A stretch of 59,549 nt of DNA, the filler included, from Sphacelaria rigidula (Eukaryota): assembly GCA_964200075.2 (NCBI GenBank). It is 9 parts of 9 records of this genome, joined end to end, with 100 filler letters (N's around TTAATTAATTAA, not from the genome) between each part and the next. Parts side by side here need not be neighbours in the genome. Positions count along the whole stretch, not along the records: positions 19,885 to 26,412 come from CAXNAA020019536.1; positions 26,513 to 33,040 come from CAXNAA020019537.1; positions 33,141 to 39,668 come from CAXNAA020019538.1; 6 more parts are not named here. The stretch is one strand, 5' to 3'. The stretch's first letter is position 1; each line of letters starts with the position of its first letter. Below the pieces are notes generated by a model. The model searched no databases and was not told where the DNA came from. It saw nothing but the letters and a program-made list of their open reading frames with translations. Both the position numbers and the translations under genes were made by a program. Of the stretch, positions 23,089 to 36,712 are shown piece after piece.

Positions 23089-23602
23089 GTACGTGCGTGC
23101 ATTGGGGCGAGAGGGTGCACTGCAGCGGTCGTTGGGCGCTCAGCGGAGCTGGCTTGATTACTGACTCTAAACCTGGGGGGGAGGGGGGGGGGACGCACAG
23201 GACGAGTGCCGCGCATCCGTTCATCACATGTAACACGGCATAAAAATCCGTGGGTTACTAGTTTTTAGGATCCAGATCACCTGGGGGTGACTTGGGGGGT
23301 GTTGTACCACGTAGTTTAGTACAAGGCTGTGGGCCTAAGTGCGTTCCCGGAATAGATGGGGTCTTGGCACTCGCAGGTGGGTTTTAGCATACGGGTGTCA
23401 CACCGCGTCACACGTTGCCAGGCCCCACGACTCTTTCGTTTGTCAGAGCTTTGAGCAGATACTGTACGGTCACAGGCATGGGTTTGCGGCCTGCTTGATC
23501 AACACCACACGCTCATGGTGTATCTGCCCTCCCCCACCAATCACCACCTCGCTTTATTGGCCGTTCTCGTATGGACCCCGGTGTACATCCTTATGCGCGC
23601 AG

Positions 23603-23707
23603 GGTCGTTTCGTCAGCCTCTTGGTCGAAGACAAGACCAAGCAGGGAACGTCGTACGTCGATCAGCTTTGCCAACTGCACCACAAGATACAGGCCAAGAT
23701 GCCGTGA
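23603..23707 (+). CDS. SEC24: Sec24 last exon
   Basis: GRFVSLLVEDKTKQGTSYVDQLCQLHHKIQAKMP* matches the conserved C-terminal LVED...SYVDFL-x2-(L/I)H-x2-I motif. Confidence 0.92.
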   Translation, partial: GRFVSLLVEDKTKQGTSYVDQLCQLHHKIQAKMP

Positions 23708-26337
23708 TCGTGATTTCGTGGTGGCTTCGATTAGTCGTGCAGGGTTTGGTTTTTGCGATAATGATTGTTCGGCTGCCGCTTTTTTCGCTGTTATGAAGTA
23801 ACTACACCCCGCGCTGTGCGTGCACCATTATTTTTTATTGTCTACTGTTTCGTTGTCTACAGACATATACAGAGATTGCGCGCCCATTGATTGCTTTGCC
23901 CGAGTTGGAGTATGTGCCGCGGCAAAGCGCGAGGAAGGAGGTGTAGCATGATTTCACTTCCATTCAAAGCTTTTCAGATACCCGGTGTGACACTTGTCTC
24001 TTTGCATGTTCGTATTTTTAAGTAGGTTCAAACATGTGTAGCCCATGAATGACATGTTTCACTTTTGGTAACGAAGTTGATGAAAAAAAACGTCTGGGCG
24101 GTAGCGGGGCGCAATGTTCAGACGACTGTTGGTGTTCCATTGTGATCCACTTACGCGTGCTCCGTCGAAATTTTCTCCGAGTGCATCCCTGACACAGCAG
24201 TGGGCGTTAGTGGGCAGTGGGCAGCATGGGTGATACAAGAGCAAGTGACTTCGTTGAATCTAAGAGTCGTGAAGAAGGCGCGTATTGAATGTAGTATGTA
24301 CACTTATTATTTGATGGGTTTTGTTTTACGCTCTGTGGCGGTCTTTGATTCTTGTGTATCTTGGCGAGAAAAGGCGGAAGGAAGTGATACACCGGGGGAG
24401 GGAACCCATTTGTGCTCCAGCGACATCATTGCGCTGCATGCGATGAATGTGGGTTTCGTTCGATGCGTACCAGGCACGACAGACAAGAATCATGTATGTG
24501 TATTATAGGCTCTACCTGCAAATTGTGGCTACAAGAAGTGTAACCCATTGCGTTGTGTCCCTGCTGTTGCCTCCTCACCGGCAAGGGCGCGACGTCCTGC
24601 ACCGTGCAATCGCGTCGTTTTCGGATTATTCGGTTACTCATCATACATTTTTTTTGTAGCGCGCCATGCGTACGAAAATCCCTCTTGTTTTTTTTCTATT
24701 CCAGTGCAACTGGAGTTGGTGCATCGGTGGATTTAAGGTGAACAGGTAGCAGATGTGCTGTCTCTCAATGGTGGAATGGTGGAATGTTCGTTTCTCCATA
24801 TACTTTTCGCCGTTTCCTTTCGATCTTGTGTGTGTTTCCGGTAATTTTGGGGTGGCTACTGCGACCGCAGGTGTGCGACTCGCGTGCACAGGTTCGTGTG
24901 TAGCTTGATGAGTGACACACTGTATACCCCCTACAGTATTTTTCAGGGGGGGGGGGGGTTCAAGTACTGGGTCCCCCCCACTCGTCCGTCTCTCTGTGTA
25001 GATCAGCTTGTTTGTCAATTCATTTTTTATTTTAACTTATCGCAGTCTGTGCTGCTGGATTCTCGAAGGGATAATATAGCGAATCATCCACTCGTCCGCT
25101 CACTGCGGTCGGGCTGCTGTGGCCAAGAGCATATGTGTCACTGCGTGCTGTGATTGCGACGCGTATTATGCACTTTTTCGTCTGTTTCCGAACTGAGATG
25201 ACGGTCGCTGCTTCTTTTTTGTTCCTCTCGTGATGTTCACGCAGAGATGGTCGTCAGTTGTTATTGGTTCCATCCTCCGCGTTATTTTGCTCTGTCGATA
25301 TGATTGTACCTTTCGCAAGTAACGCTCGGTGTGTTCTGCGTCCCTATCCTGAGTTTAAGATCCACGTGGATATCCATAATAATTTACTCTTGGCATGTGA
25401 GTGCGTTCGCATGCAGACTTGAACTGCGGAGCAGGTAACGTAATCCTGACGAAGGATGTGCGCCTATTTTTCTGGGACAATCAACGAGGGGTTTGCCCCA
25501 CCTTTTTTGCTGGCAGGACCCAGCGAGTGTGCGACGTGTAGTTGGACATTGTGCAGCACAAGGTGGCCCCCAAGTCCAAGGACTCAACAATAATCCATTT
25601 GTTGCCATGGCCACACACGTAACGATCTTCCTCCTTATTACGATCGTCATGATTATCTGTAACGGTCAAAATGTACAAGTTTATCCAATACGAGTAAAAT
25701 CTGGGTCGACCAAGGGGACCCGGGCACTCGCCTATATTGCCACAAGATGCTCACTTTCCGAGTTTTTTTCCACCTGAGATTCTGACACGCAATTTGCGAC
25801 GTACTGGCTGTCGCGTCCATACACACCCCCTGAAGTTTTCTTCATATTTCGCCCACATACGACTAACAACTAATCTTCGATCAAGCTGGCGGGTGCTGTG
25901 ATTAATGCCCCTACGATACACCAACTTACAAACCCAAGACTGTCTCGGATATTCTCATAGGCCGTTTTGGGTCCGGCCAAACTTTTTAAGATACTGTCGA
26001 ACAGCACTACCAAACTTAGCTAGCATTAACATCCGCCAATCAGTACAAGACCGAACAGGAATCGACAGTTGAACGTTATTGTTAGAAAGCAGCGGGCATA
26101 GAACGGTTTTCATGTAGGGAAACCAGGATTTTCATACAGGAGAAACTCTGTGTGTCCCCGTGAGTGTCAAATGCACTCGCCAAAACTCTAGTCGTTCTTC
26201 CATACCTGGCGGGTGGGCGGGGAAGCCACGGTTCCTCACGTAACAAGAGAGAAGCCATTTCAATGATGTGGACGTAGTTTGGAAAATTGAATTGTTTTCT
26301 TGCGACAGCTGTTCCGAAATTCGGTACGTAACATACA

Positions 26338-26397
<60 letters not shown>

Positions 26398-26412
26398 CTT
26401 CACATTAAAAGC
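26338..26412 (-). repeat. (GTT)n microsatellite, probably the (AAC)n tail of a retroposon; similar ends at ~56386 and ~56467
   Basis: Followed by GTCTTCACATTAAAA; the copy at ~56467 is followed by GTCTTCGTATTAAAA. Confidence 0.6.
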
Positions 26413-27713
26413 NNNNNNNNNNNNNNNNNNNNNNNNNNNNNNNNNNNNNNNNNNNNTTAATTAATTAANNNNNNNNNNNNNNNNNNNNNNNNNNNNNNNN
26501 NNNNNNNNNNNNGGGCGTTCCTCATCCAAGCCCCCCTAAAATGCTTTTTTTTAGTCTTTTTTAATGTGAAAAAAAAAAAAATCCTCCGACCGCCGGAGAA
26601 GGGGGGGTATATAAGGTATCTGAGGGGTTTTTTGGGGCACTTTCGGATCACCCTTTTTTGTTTCTTCTATCCTCGATGATTTTTTAGCCAACAGTTGGCC
26701 TGAATGATGATGGGCTCTAAAGTAGATGAATCTCTAACAAGGGTTGACATCCTCACCGATGTGAACATTATGCTGTGTCTCATTCGTCGATTCGACGTCA
26801 TCCGTCGAAATTACAGATGTCTTTTCAAAATCAGCCACTTGAGGATTTTGGCATGTTTACTTGACACGCCCACCATGAACATTTTATTAGACTCCACAAC
26901 AACTCAATGCAATGCAATCGGATTGAAAAACCAGACACTGCATATTTTACTCCAATGAGAGGAATAAGGGTTTTAATCGCTGTTCAGGGTGCGTTGACTT
27001 CAAAGTCCATCGTTCGGGTCGAAACTGCGGGGAACTAGGATGTATGGCCATGGATGGTCCTGGATCTGCAAAAGGTTACCATCTGGATTTCACACAAACA
27101 TCATGGTGCTTCATACGCCCTGCAACGGGCGTGTTCGAGGTTGCACCACAGATTCGAGTATTGTGACGTAACAGTAATCGGGACTGTACTGCGATTGCAG
27201 TCACCTTCTTTGCCTGTAGCCTGAGTGTTGGTGCTTCCTGCTGTGGCGCGCACGCCCACCTACAGAGTACCATAGAGTACCGTTTCCCTCAGTAGTCCCC
27301 CCTCCTACCCGAACGCACCCTCCCTTGTTCGGTGTTTATTCTACGGAAGTAGTGCGTGGAGAAATAGATGCAGTAATGACATACTATTTCAGTATTATCG
27401 TGACTCTTCTTCCAATACGCTCCTGAAAATTCGCTAGATGTACGCGGAAAGCCTAGGTCAAACCATGCAACCGAGGGGGCTACCAATCGGTGACCTTCGA
27501 CCCACATCTTGACAATTCCCCTATGCGCTAACCTTGAGCACATTCTAGCGCTACATAGCAACATGCCGCGGAAACCAGTTGCCTGCATGGTCTTCTGCAA
27601 GTGTTTTCCGGAAGAAGAAAAGTACGGCGTGTTACCGATTCTTTGGCGTCCAAATTTCGAAACATGCAAAAATGACTGCTGCATGTGAGGGAGGCAGCGT
27701 TGTAGAACTATCC

Positions 27714-28010
27714 AACTTCAGTAATACTGCCATAGTCAAGGTTAACGACAAACATACGCACATTGACGCGCAAACGGAGACCTAGTGCATATCACGCACA
27801 CGCTGATCAACACCTCGTCCAGGTAAGACTTGAACACAAACGGCGACCCCGAACACAATCAATACACACAACTTCAGTAATACTTTAACGACAAACATAC
27901 GCACATTGACGCGCAAACGGCGACCCAGTGCATATCACGCACACGCTGATCAACACCTCGTGCAGGTGAGACTTGAACACAAGCGGCGACCCCGAACACA
28001 ATCATTACAC
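27714..28010. repeat. Direct tandem duplication, ~145-155-bp unit x2
   Basis: TTAACGACAAACATACGCACATTGACGCGCAAACGG... occurs at 27742 and 27885. Confidence 0.85.
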
Positions 28011-29620
28011 AAGCATGGCGAGTGTCCTGTACCACGCCTGGGGCTCACTACTACACGGGGTGCCTCGGCAAAGGCGAAACCCGGATGCCATGCACCCACA
28101 CGTTTGTGTCCAACAAGAACACAAGCACATAATCAGACTGGAGTCGAGCAAAATCCCCTACTGCACTCGGGGGTCAAGAGCAAAAACAATATCTAGCCTT
28201 CTTAGTCGGCATTTTTTTCTATTCTTCATGTCCTGATTCTGTGAAGAAGGGAACACTAACTCATGTCTATGGAATCCTCAGGTATTTTGATGACCATCCC
28301 TTCATGCTCCGCGGTTACCTTGACCTGGCACCCTAATCGCGACCTGCGAGATCGAGACACACACCACACAAAAGCACCAGGGAAAATCGCGTTCCAAGTG
28401 TTAAAAGGCACAGAAAACACATGGTTGTCACTGCGCGATGTTGACTGAATTATGACTGGCGTGTGATACCAGTATTTGTATAACCGACTGGGTGTGCGCT
28501 TGCCGTTTGCAACAACATCGTCGGCTGACAGCAGCACAGATATATGAGGGGAGGGGTCGAGAGATGACGATTTCGGGAACTGTATTGCAACGGAATCATC
28601 CACCAGAACGTCATTTTAGTTGGTTCCAGCAGCGACGCAGAAATATTGTTATACATGAACAGTACATCACGTTCAAAATAGGATACTTGCACGGTTAGGA
28701 CAAATAAAATCGCGATTCAACTCATGTTCATCATTTTCAACGAATAAATCATACGATTCGTACATCATTTGTAATTCGTACAGGTTTTGAGCTCTCGTGT
28801 CGTGCAGTACACCGTCAACGGTACCTGTTTCCTACCTCAAGGTCGTGGGGGGTAGATTAGGGACATACACTAATACCTTGTGGAAAAATGCGGAATTAAT
28901 CGACTGTACATGCCACCCACACTTACCATGAGGCGTGGATGGCATGTGTTGTACATCTATGCCATGCGCATGACTCCGTGCGGGACGAAGAGTCGGCACA
29001 TGGTTGAATCCCGTCATGACATGGGCTTTGCATCAGTCGTACTTTTCTCCCAATCGGTATGCGGTTGAGATGACTGCACTGCACATGTTATTCACCGTGG
29101 GGTGCATGCGGGACCAACAGTTGAATACACGTTGACTCCTGTCATGTCATGAGGAGAAAACTCATATAAATCTTGATTTGTCATAACCGAGGATGCTTGG
29201 CAATTTCGTCGTAGCTGGCGATTTTCTGACGTTTTCTTGCTTGCCACCGCTCATCACGTTGGGGATCTGAAGATTCTAGTATCCGCTCCACATTTCAAGC
29301 AAAAAATCCACCTCTATTCAATACTGAATTACTTACGGGCTGACCGGTCATCGGAGGTCCTGCCATTTTTCAGCCAAGATTCTGACCCTTCGATATTTTT
29401 GGTTGCTCGAGCTTGTCCTGATCGTGTTTGTGAAGGTATTAAAAGGCTGTTTTTTCTTCACCTATTCATTGCATTAGAGCCGAAAAACTGTGTTTCGCGG
29501 TCAACACCCTCCTGATAGACGGGGTATCTACTCGTATCGCCCGATAACACCAACTAACGCTAACTTGGGCACTGTATTTTGAGGACGATATGTTTCTTGT
29601 ATCAAAATCTACCAACGCTA

Positions 29621-30527
29621 CGAGCTGGGCTGGCAGTAAATCCCACATTCTCCGCACTACAACTTCTCAAGTTTCCCAAATCAGGGCGACTTGAGCATAT
29701 CACTGTGAACTGCAGACTAACCTGGTAACACACGGCACCGCCGCTGCTTGTTTGGCGCAGTTTTGGCGATGATGTTATTGTACTGCATTGAGTACCGAGT
29801 ACGTCTCTTGCCATTGCGTGACGTGTCTGGAGACGTTTCGTTTAACAAAATGCGGTGGAATTACGAGAGGCCGTCGCGCCGCATAGGCACACGCACACCC
29901 GGCATGCCCAGCAAGAGCACACTGGTAGTGCTGCAAGATGGCATCAAGCTCGTCATAAGCTCCATAATGGGAGAGAATCTCCGAGCCAACTTTCGTGAAT
30001 CACCGCACGAGGGAGAAGTACTACTTGAAACTGCGCTATACCCCCCCCCAAAAGCAGGACCGTCACCAAAATATCGAGACCCTTTGCAACCCAAAGGTAC
30101 GAGGGATTATGCACGATTAGTATGCACACAAAAAATTTCGTCGTGTCGGGTTTCGAACTCGTGACCTGTGTAATGTCAGGCTGTTGTATCAGTTTGACCG
30201 CCGGGGTCACAAAAAGTGCGACGCTGAGCCCAATTTCACGTATTTTTGGCTGAAAGTTTACAAGGATGTTACCGCGAGTGCCCGTAGGTGCCGGAGCATT
30301 GTCATCGTTTTTATCATTTTTCCCATCAAGTTATAGCATTTTGCATGTTTTTGCTGAAACTTCAACTCGCTCAAACTTTCTGTTTTTTTTTTCCCAGTGA
30401 CACCCCTTACGGGGTTGCGCAGATTGATGATAAAGATATCTTGTCAAAATTTCAGCGCCTTACTTTTCGAATTGCCAACAGCATGTCGACTGTTCGTTTA
30501 AAGATCACTGATGGCCGGCCCAGCTCG
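29621..30527. mobile_element. Tc1/mariner-type non-autonomous element related to 3629-4136
   Basis: TA|CGAGCTGGGCTGGC ... GCCGGCCCAGCTCG|TG. Shares CGCTGAAATTTTGACA and GAGTTCGAA(A/T)CCCGACA in inverted orientation. Confidence 0.7.
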
Positions 30528-30728
30528 TGGCACTTTCGAATTCTATCGAAGAGCAGTACGCGGGGAAAAAAAAAAAAAGTGTTATTTTGAACTTGAGGTA
30601 TTATAGTTCTTACGTGTGACATTTTTGCTCGATCTCGTAAAAATCAAGGGGTCGGGTATCAGGATCAAAGAAGGCTAGCGAAGCACCGGGCATACATGGC
30701 AATCTCTTCGTGTTCATTCACGTTGACT

Positions 30729-31110
30729 GCCGCCCCGGTGGCTCAGTTGGTAACCTCGGAACCTTCTGACGGTTGGGTCGTCGGTTCGAATCTCGGAGCG
30801 ATCTGGGATTTTTTCTCACACAGTGCACAGCAGTGGAGAGCGAACATGTCGTGTGTACACACAATTCGACTCCATGGTCGACGAGGGGAAGGGACCACTA
30901 GACTCCTCTCGCGATAAAGAAAAAAAAGGCAAGCACCGCAGAAGGAAGGTAGAGAACTAAAACAAACAGAAAGGACAATCTCCTGTGTTGTCCGTCCTCC
31001 TATGAAACCCCGGGGCTGGTGCGCCCACATATACCGCAAGGTATAGATCGGCGTCCAGGATAGATGAGACAACACTGTGTGGGAGCTGGAGCTCACGACG
31101 AACGAAAACA
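30729..31110 (+). mobile_element. tRNA-derived SINE family 1, near full length
   Basis: A box TGGCTCAGTTGG and B box GGTTCGAATC, followed by a ~300-bp body shared with two other copies. Confidence 0.8.
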
Positions 31111-31143
31111 TCTGTTTCAAGCTGCCCCCAAAAAATAGGGTAA

Positions 31144-31332
31144 GGGCCTGTCTTAGCATATGAGTTTTCGATCGAAAAAGTGTTGTGGAGAACAAAATTC
31201 CTTATCTGATAGGTCATGATTTCAACCATCTTCAAAATAAACGACGATGGTTGAAATTACGACCTATCAGATCAGGGATTTTGTTTTCCACAACACTTTT
31301 TCGATCGAAAACCCATGTGCTAAGACAGGGCC
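31144..31332. mobile_element. Palindromic Tourist/PIF-Harbinger-like MITE; relatives at ~53545-53732 and ~34860-34945 (half copy)
   Basis: TAA|GGGCCTGTCTTAGCA ... TGCTAAGACAGGGCC|CAA; ~90-bp complementary arms. Confidence 0.75.
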
Positions 31333-31929
31333 CAACCACGAATACCAAACAGGAGGCAAAAAAGGTGCGTGACTTGAAATGCGCACCACGAGGTCAAAAT
31401 GTTGTGAATTGAAGTGGCTAAGATGAAAAGTTGGGCTGTGAAGACGCTTCCTTCCGCTGGGTGTGGTTCGGAGCTGATCACTCCATGGTAGACAACCATT
31501 CACTCCACCGGTCACCTGTACTTTTTGGTGCCCATGTGGAATTCAAACAAAAAAGAGGCATACTCAACCCAGAGTTGTGCATGATGAAATCATCCTGCTG
31601 AACAAGAGCACTCGTCTGTACCAACACTGCCTGCACACAACGACCGGTGCGTAGAGGCAGTGGAGTGTCGCCACCGATCCCAACACCTGAAGCTCGTGCC
31701 GCACAAGGCAGCAAAACGATGTGGGACGGTGTAGATGCCGAGCACGGGCCACCGTACATCCTACCGCAGATACACGTGAGTAGCGCATGCTCACACCGGG
31801 GTACTAGTCATGGATAGTTGCTGGCAGGGTGCCGCGTTCACGTCGTACGAGGACTTGCCGAAAGGTGAAGGTCTTTCCAGGCAACATCTTTCCCGCCCAA
31901 GTCATAGCGCAGCGGTCGGCCATGTCTAG

Positions 31930-32155
31930 TTTTTCTTCCCTTCCCTGTCCTTTTGTTTTGCTTGCTCCATTTTTTTTCTTCTTCTGCTTTCGTAGTATGT
32001 TTTGTTCATCTGTTCAACCTTCCTGTTCCTGTTTTTTTTTTTAATTCTTCAGCGAGTGTTTCCACTTTTGTTTCATGTCGGGTACGTCTGTCATGTAGAT
32101 AGTGACCACGGCTGGATCCCCTGAGGGGCCAGATAAAGTGCGACAGTCAATCAAT
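31930..32155 (+). mobile_element. 3' end of a (CAAT)n-tailed retroposon; copies at ~46520-46607 (+), ~54205-54440 (-), ~59010-59325 (-)
   Basis: T-rich body, then GTGACCACGGCTGGATCCCCTG...AAAGTGCGACA, then a CAAT repeat tail. Confidence 0.7.
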
Positions 32156-33140
32156 TCATCGATCACTGTGGCACTGCACCAGACGACTGAGGCTTGGTGC
32201 ACAAAATATCAAAGCCTGCAGTGCTAGAAATTAACATCTTGCCCATCGCGCCAGGTGTGTCTGCAGGGCAAGACAAACACTGCTCATGCTCCTGAGCTGA
32301 TGTCGCCCGTTGAAGAATGACACATACAACCACTTTTCGACGATATTCTTGTGAAAAAAAAAACACGTGGCGGACTGTTGAAGGGGGGCGAGGGGGGAGT
32401 ACTAACGATCCTTCGGAGGGTACCAAGAGGACAATAGTGCCAAAAGAGCTAAGCGGTACTATGCACCAGAAGAACCGAACGAAGGAAACGTGCACATACC
32501 ACAACCGGTGGTATACCTCGCTCTTCATACACCAACCTTCCACCCCTATTGGCTCCGTCTCGAAAGGGATGCGTGGTCAATGGTCAAACGACTGGGGGAA
32601 GCATCGAACGGGTACGCTCCCCCATCCCCCATCCCACCCCATCGGTGCCGCCGCCTAATTTGGTCCTACACAAATGGTCACATATTGGCCGACAACCATG
32701 AAAGCAGTATGAAAGTCTTTGCAAGCAGCTACACTAGCTGCAGGAGTTACTCATAGCACACGGGCAAGAAGTCAGATGAACCTATATGTCTCGCACACGC
32801 CCTTGCAGGGTGCGGCGTGGTCTGCAGGTAACTCAGGAACTAGCCGCCTCGTTGCTCTTCGTCCACTACATCAGTTCGATCTTCGTAACTCGACGTCAAC
32901 TCCTACGAATCTCCCGGAAGCGGTGTACCTCCTTGCTCCAAGTCCAGTAACATATCCACCAACCCTTAAAACCGACTTCAGTTCCAGTGCCAAGAGGTTT
33001 GGCTATGCCTGCCTAATTACCACTAAGACCCCTCACCCCCNNNNNNNNNNNNNNNNNNNNNNNNNNNNNNNNNNNNNNNNNNNNTTAATTAATTAANNNN
33101 NNNNNNNNNNNNNNNNNNNNNNNNNNNNNNNNNNNNNNNN

Positions 33141-34370
33141 AGTCATTGCTCGTTGTGGAAACAAATGAATAGGGCGAGCACTCGAGTCATTGCTCGTCAT
33201 GGAAACAAATGAATAGGGCGAGCACTCGAGTCATTGCTCGTGATGAACGACTTCGGTGGAGGAGTCAGCAATCCGCCGAGCAAATAATTATAATGAGTTC
33301 TTTGACGATTTGGAACCAAGAAAGTTCAAGTTCATATGCAAATCTGCACATGTACAAGTGTCAAGCGCAAACACAGGTGTTCAGGTACTTGCCTGCGCGA
33401 CTGGCGGAATTTGACGACTTGGATGTATCCATCGTCGCGGGAGCCGAAGACGAGAGAGGTGTAGTTTCGTCAGGGACGGACACCCCAGGGACCGGGGCGG
33501 GGTAGAAGAAGCTAAGATATAGACACCTTGACAGATATCCATTGGTGTTTATTTTCCTGAATGGTTTTGTGGTGGACGGAGCCACGGTTGTCTCGTCCAG
33601 GTAGATCTCTGCGCCCCCATTTTTTTTGCAGAGCAATGATCGATTTGAAAAGGGGTAAGTATTCCGCTTGTGACACATTTCCCCACGATCGTATGTTTGC
33701 GGTCGTTGTCCATTTGTGTCATTTTTTTCGTAAAAATGATACTGCAGGGGCCTTATTGATCATTTCACTTGAGAATAACACAAATGGACACCTGACACAA
33801 GATGGTGCGGAAGAGTGCCACAAGCATACCATCCAAAGGGGTTAGTACGATTTGTAGTGGTCACAATAATATCAGATCCTACCGTTGGTTCACCAGGCTT
33901 CCACCATGTCTCGCGCCTCACTCGTCATCACTTCAGTGATTTTTGGTTGGTCCTTGGGTTGTCCAGAAAAGACACAAGCAAACGAGTCATACCACGTGAA
34001 AAAGTAAATGACTCGAGCACGAGCACTCGAGTCATTGCTCGTTGTGGTAACAAATTAATAGGGCGAGCACTCGAGCCATTCCTCGTTGTGGAAAAAATTA
34101 ATAGGGCGAGCACTCGAGTCATTGCTCGTTGTGGAAAAAAATAATAGGGCAAGCACTCGAGTTATTGCTCGTTGTGGAAACAAATGAATAGGGCGAGTGC
34201 TCGAGTCATTGCTTGTTGGGGGAAAAAATAATAGGGCGAGCACTCGAGTCATTGCTCGTTGAAAAAAAAGGAATGACTCGAGCACACGAGTCATGCTCGT
34301 TGTGTTCTGGAAAAACACCCACGAGTGCACTCGTCTAAACGTAAACGAGTAATGACTCGTCCGACCTGTG
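33141..34370 (+). mobile_element. CAC-terminal non-autonomous DNA transposon (left end cut by the contig edge) with ~43-bp subterminal repeats
   Basis: Ends CTCGTCCGACCTGTG, the near reverse complement of the 6076 end. Arrays of AATAGGGCGAGCACTCGAGTCATTGCTCGTTGTGG at 33141-33241 and 34010-34300. Confidence 0.75.
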
Positions 34371-34815
34371 AAAGTCTTACAACAACTACAGAACTCGTCG
34401 GGTACGGTATGGGAGGCTTACAGAAAAACCGTACCGCCAATCGGGTATTTCTTCAAAAGCACATCCGCGCTCCGGGTGCGGGTAAACATTCTGTACAGAA
34501 CTCACATAACTATCGGGTAAGGGTACAGGAGGCTTACAGAACTCACAGAAATTGTCGGGTAAGGTATGGAGGTTGCACAGAAAACCGTACCCCCCCCCCC
34601 AACTGGGTATCTCATCAAGAACGTACCCATGCCCCCCGGTAACAGTACGGGAGGCTTACAGAACTCACAGAACTATCGGGTAAGAGTATGAAAGTCTTAT
34701 AGAGATTACAGAACTATCGGGTACCGGTATGAAAGTCTTACAGAAGTCACAAAACTGTCGGGTACGGTAAATACCCGGGAAAATACCCCGGGTGTACAGA
34801 ACGCCGTACCCTACA
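34371..34815. repeat. Degenerate ~35-40-bp tandem repeats, probably the subterminal region of another transposon
   Basis: Recurrent GGGTA(C/A)GGTATG...CTTACAGAACTCACAGAACTATC. Confidence 0.65.
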
Positions 34816-35299
34816 CAACACAACCTTGATTGTTTCATTTCTCGCTTCAATATCAAAGACGATAGTTGAAATCACGACCTATCAGATCGGAGTTTCCCTT
34901 TTCCATCGCACTTTTTCGATCAAAACATGATTTGCCAACACACGGCTTCAGACACGCCCTTGACAGGACCAAAAGTTGAAGTGGAGAGGAAGCAAGCGTC
35001 GAAAATTAGCTTGTTGATTGGTCGACGTGACATGACGCGGCGAGATGATCTCGCGACGACCAATCAACATGCTGCTTTTGAACGCTTGCTTTCGTCTTCG
35101 CTTCTTTTTTTGGTCTCGTGAACCCTTTGACTGCGAGGGTGGATGATCTTTTGAATCGACAACATTTTTACACATGAAAATTAAGATAAACGAGGACAGT
35201 TCAACAAATCGCCTACCCTCGCAGTGAAAAGGGTTACGATGGACCGTAACCTACCTCGCAGCGTAGCTGTATTTGACCATTTGAGTAATGACCACTTAA

Positions 35300-35397
35300 C
35301 CCTTGGACAGCAAGAGTAGGTCACCTGTTGAATCGGCATCAATTTCACTTGAAAAAAGTATGCATGATCCAGGAAGACTAACCTCGCGGTCTAAGGG
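35300..35397. mobile_element. piggyBac-like 98-bp MITE, clean solo copy
   Basis: TTAA|CCCTTGGAC ... GTCTAAGGG|TTAA. TTAA TSD with CCCT termini is the piggyBac signature. Confidence 0.85.
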
Positions 35398-36439
35398 TTA
35401 ACCATAGAAAAGCGTAGGCAAAGGTGGTACATTTTTGCATTGTGCGCAGACTTTGCGTAGTGCCTGCCGCCTTTTATGCTGGCAAGGTAGCTGCACACTG
35501 TTCGTCTGTCTGTACTTCGTTTTGGACCACTAAGCAGTGGACAGCGATGCATACGGATTGTTTTATACCGTGTATTCAGCCCGCGATACTGTACAGCAGC
35601 AGCACCGGCAGTTCAGACAGTACAGGAGCAATTACAGTTGAGATTATGTGACATGCGTGCAGGATCAAACATGCTCGGGGTGTGCCAGCACTGTCTCGAA
35701 AGTACCAGTACTGCGAACTCAAAGTAGGAAGAGAGTAGCATGTGTGTTGTTGCAGTAGTACTCTTGTGTCAGCCAACGTACACTACGTGCAAAGCTTGAA
35801 AGCATGTCCTCCGCGAACACGGTCGAGCAAGGACACAGGCATACATACTGTACATGTACTTGACTTGTGGCTCGATACCGGTCAGGGGTTTTCCAGCATT
35901 AATTTCTGTACTGGCTCTGAACATCCATGCGTTCATGTAAACAGACGTTTTGTCTTGTGAAACAGGTGCTCTGAAAATGAAATGTGACACAAGCGTTCTA
36001 AGGCGACCGTTGGGCGGTCGCAGCCGCATGGCTAAGACAGGCCGGGCGGTCGCTGTCTTGACCCAATTCTTGAAGATGATTTTCTGAGCGTGAACCCTCC
36101 CCCCAAGAAAAGAATAGCGGACCGCTGATCGCGGAACCCGTAAAAAAAAACGTTTTCCTCGTCTTTTTCTGGCCAATGGACAAAAAAGAGGTACACCCTT
36201 CCAAACTTTAGCCAAAACGGAGAAAACCTAATAGTATGCACGAGGATATCCCTTGGTCAGTACAGGCCTGCTAAGTAGTACTGTAGCATGACCACGGTGG
36301 TGTTGAGTACCCTCACATCAACAGCTCAGAGTGAGCGCTTGCCATGCAAGGCAGCTGCTGTGCCCTTTTTCTTCATTTTGTTGCAACTTCTAACTCCTCC
36401 CCTTCCTCGGGACGAGTCCGTGGCCTACTTACTAGTCTC

Positions 36440-36712
36440 AAAGAATCAAGCTACCTCTCCCCCGGTACACGCCTCACATTTTGGTATCGCGGATTGCATC
36501 ATGACCATCAGTACTCCCGCACCGCGTCGAATGGTGCCTCGAACTCAGCCAAACAGCTCCTTTACACTATTCACGTCCTCACGCTTTGAAAGACGGAAAC
36601 CGTATCTGAGGAAATTGCCAAACCAGATGCATCTGGTCGGAACCGAACCGCATTTTCCTCGCCGTAGTGGTGTTACTTGTACAGTACCATTGGGCCACCG
36701 GAGCGCGGCCCT
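36440..36712 (-). mobile_element. tRNA-derived SINE family 2 copy
   Basis: Its reverse complement is colinear with 56866-57114 (GACGCGGTGCGG(G/A)AGT core). Confidence 0.6.

Noticed and set aside
30729..30800. tRNA genes at 30729, 10767, 56866 and 53023
   Set aside because: A and B boxes are present, but I could not form a proper cloverleaf, and the heads belong to dispersed SINE families.
34010..34815. CRISPR-like arrays here and at 55841-56360
   Set aside because: The repeats are degenerate and lack unique constant-length spacers, there are no cas genes, and the context is eukaryotic.
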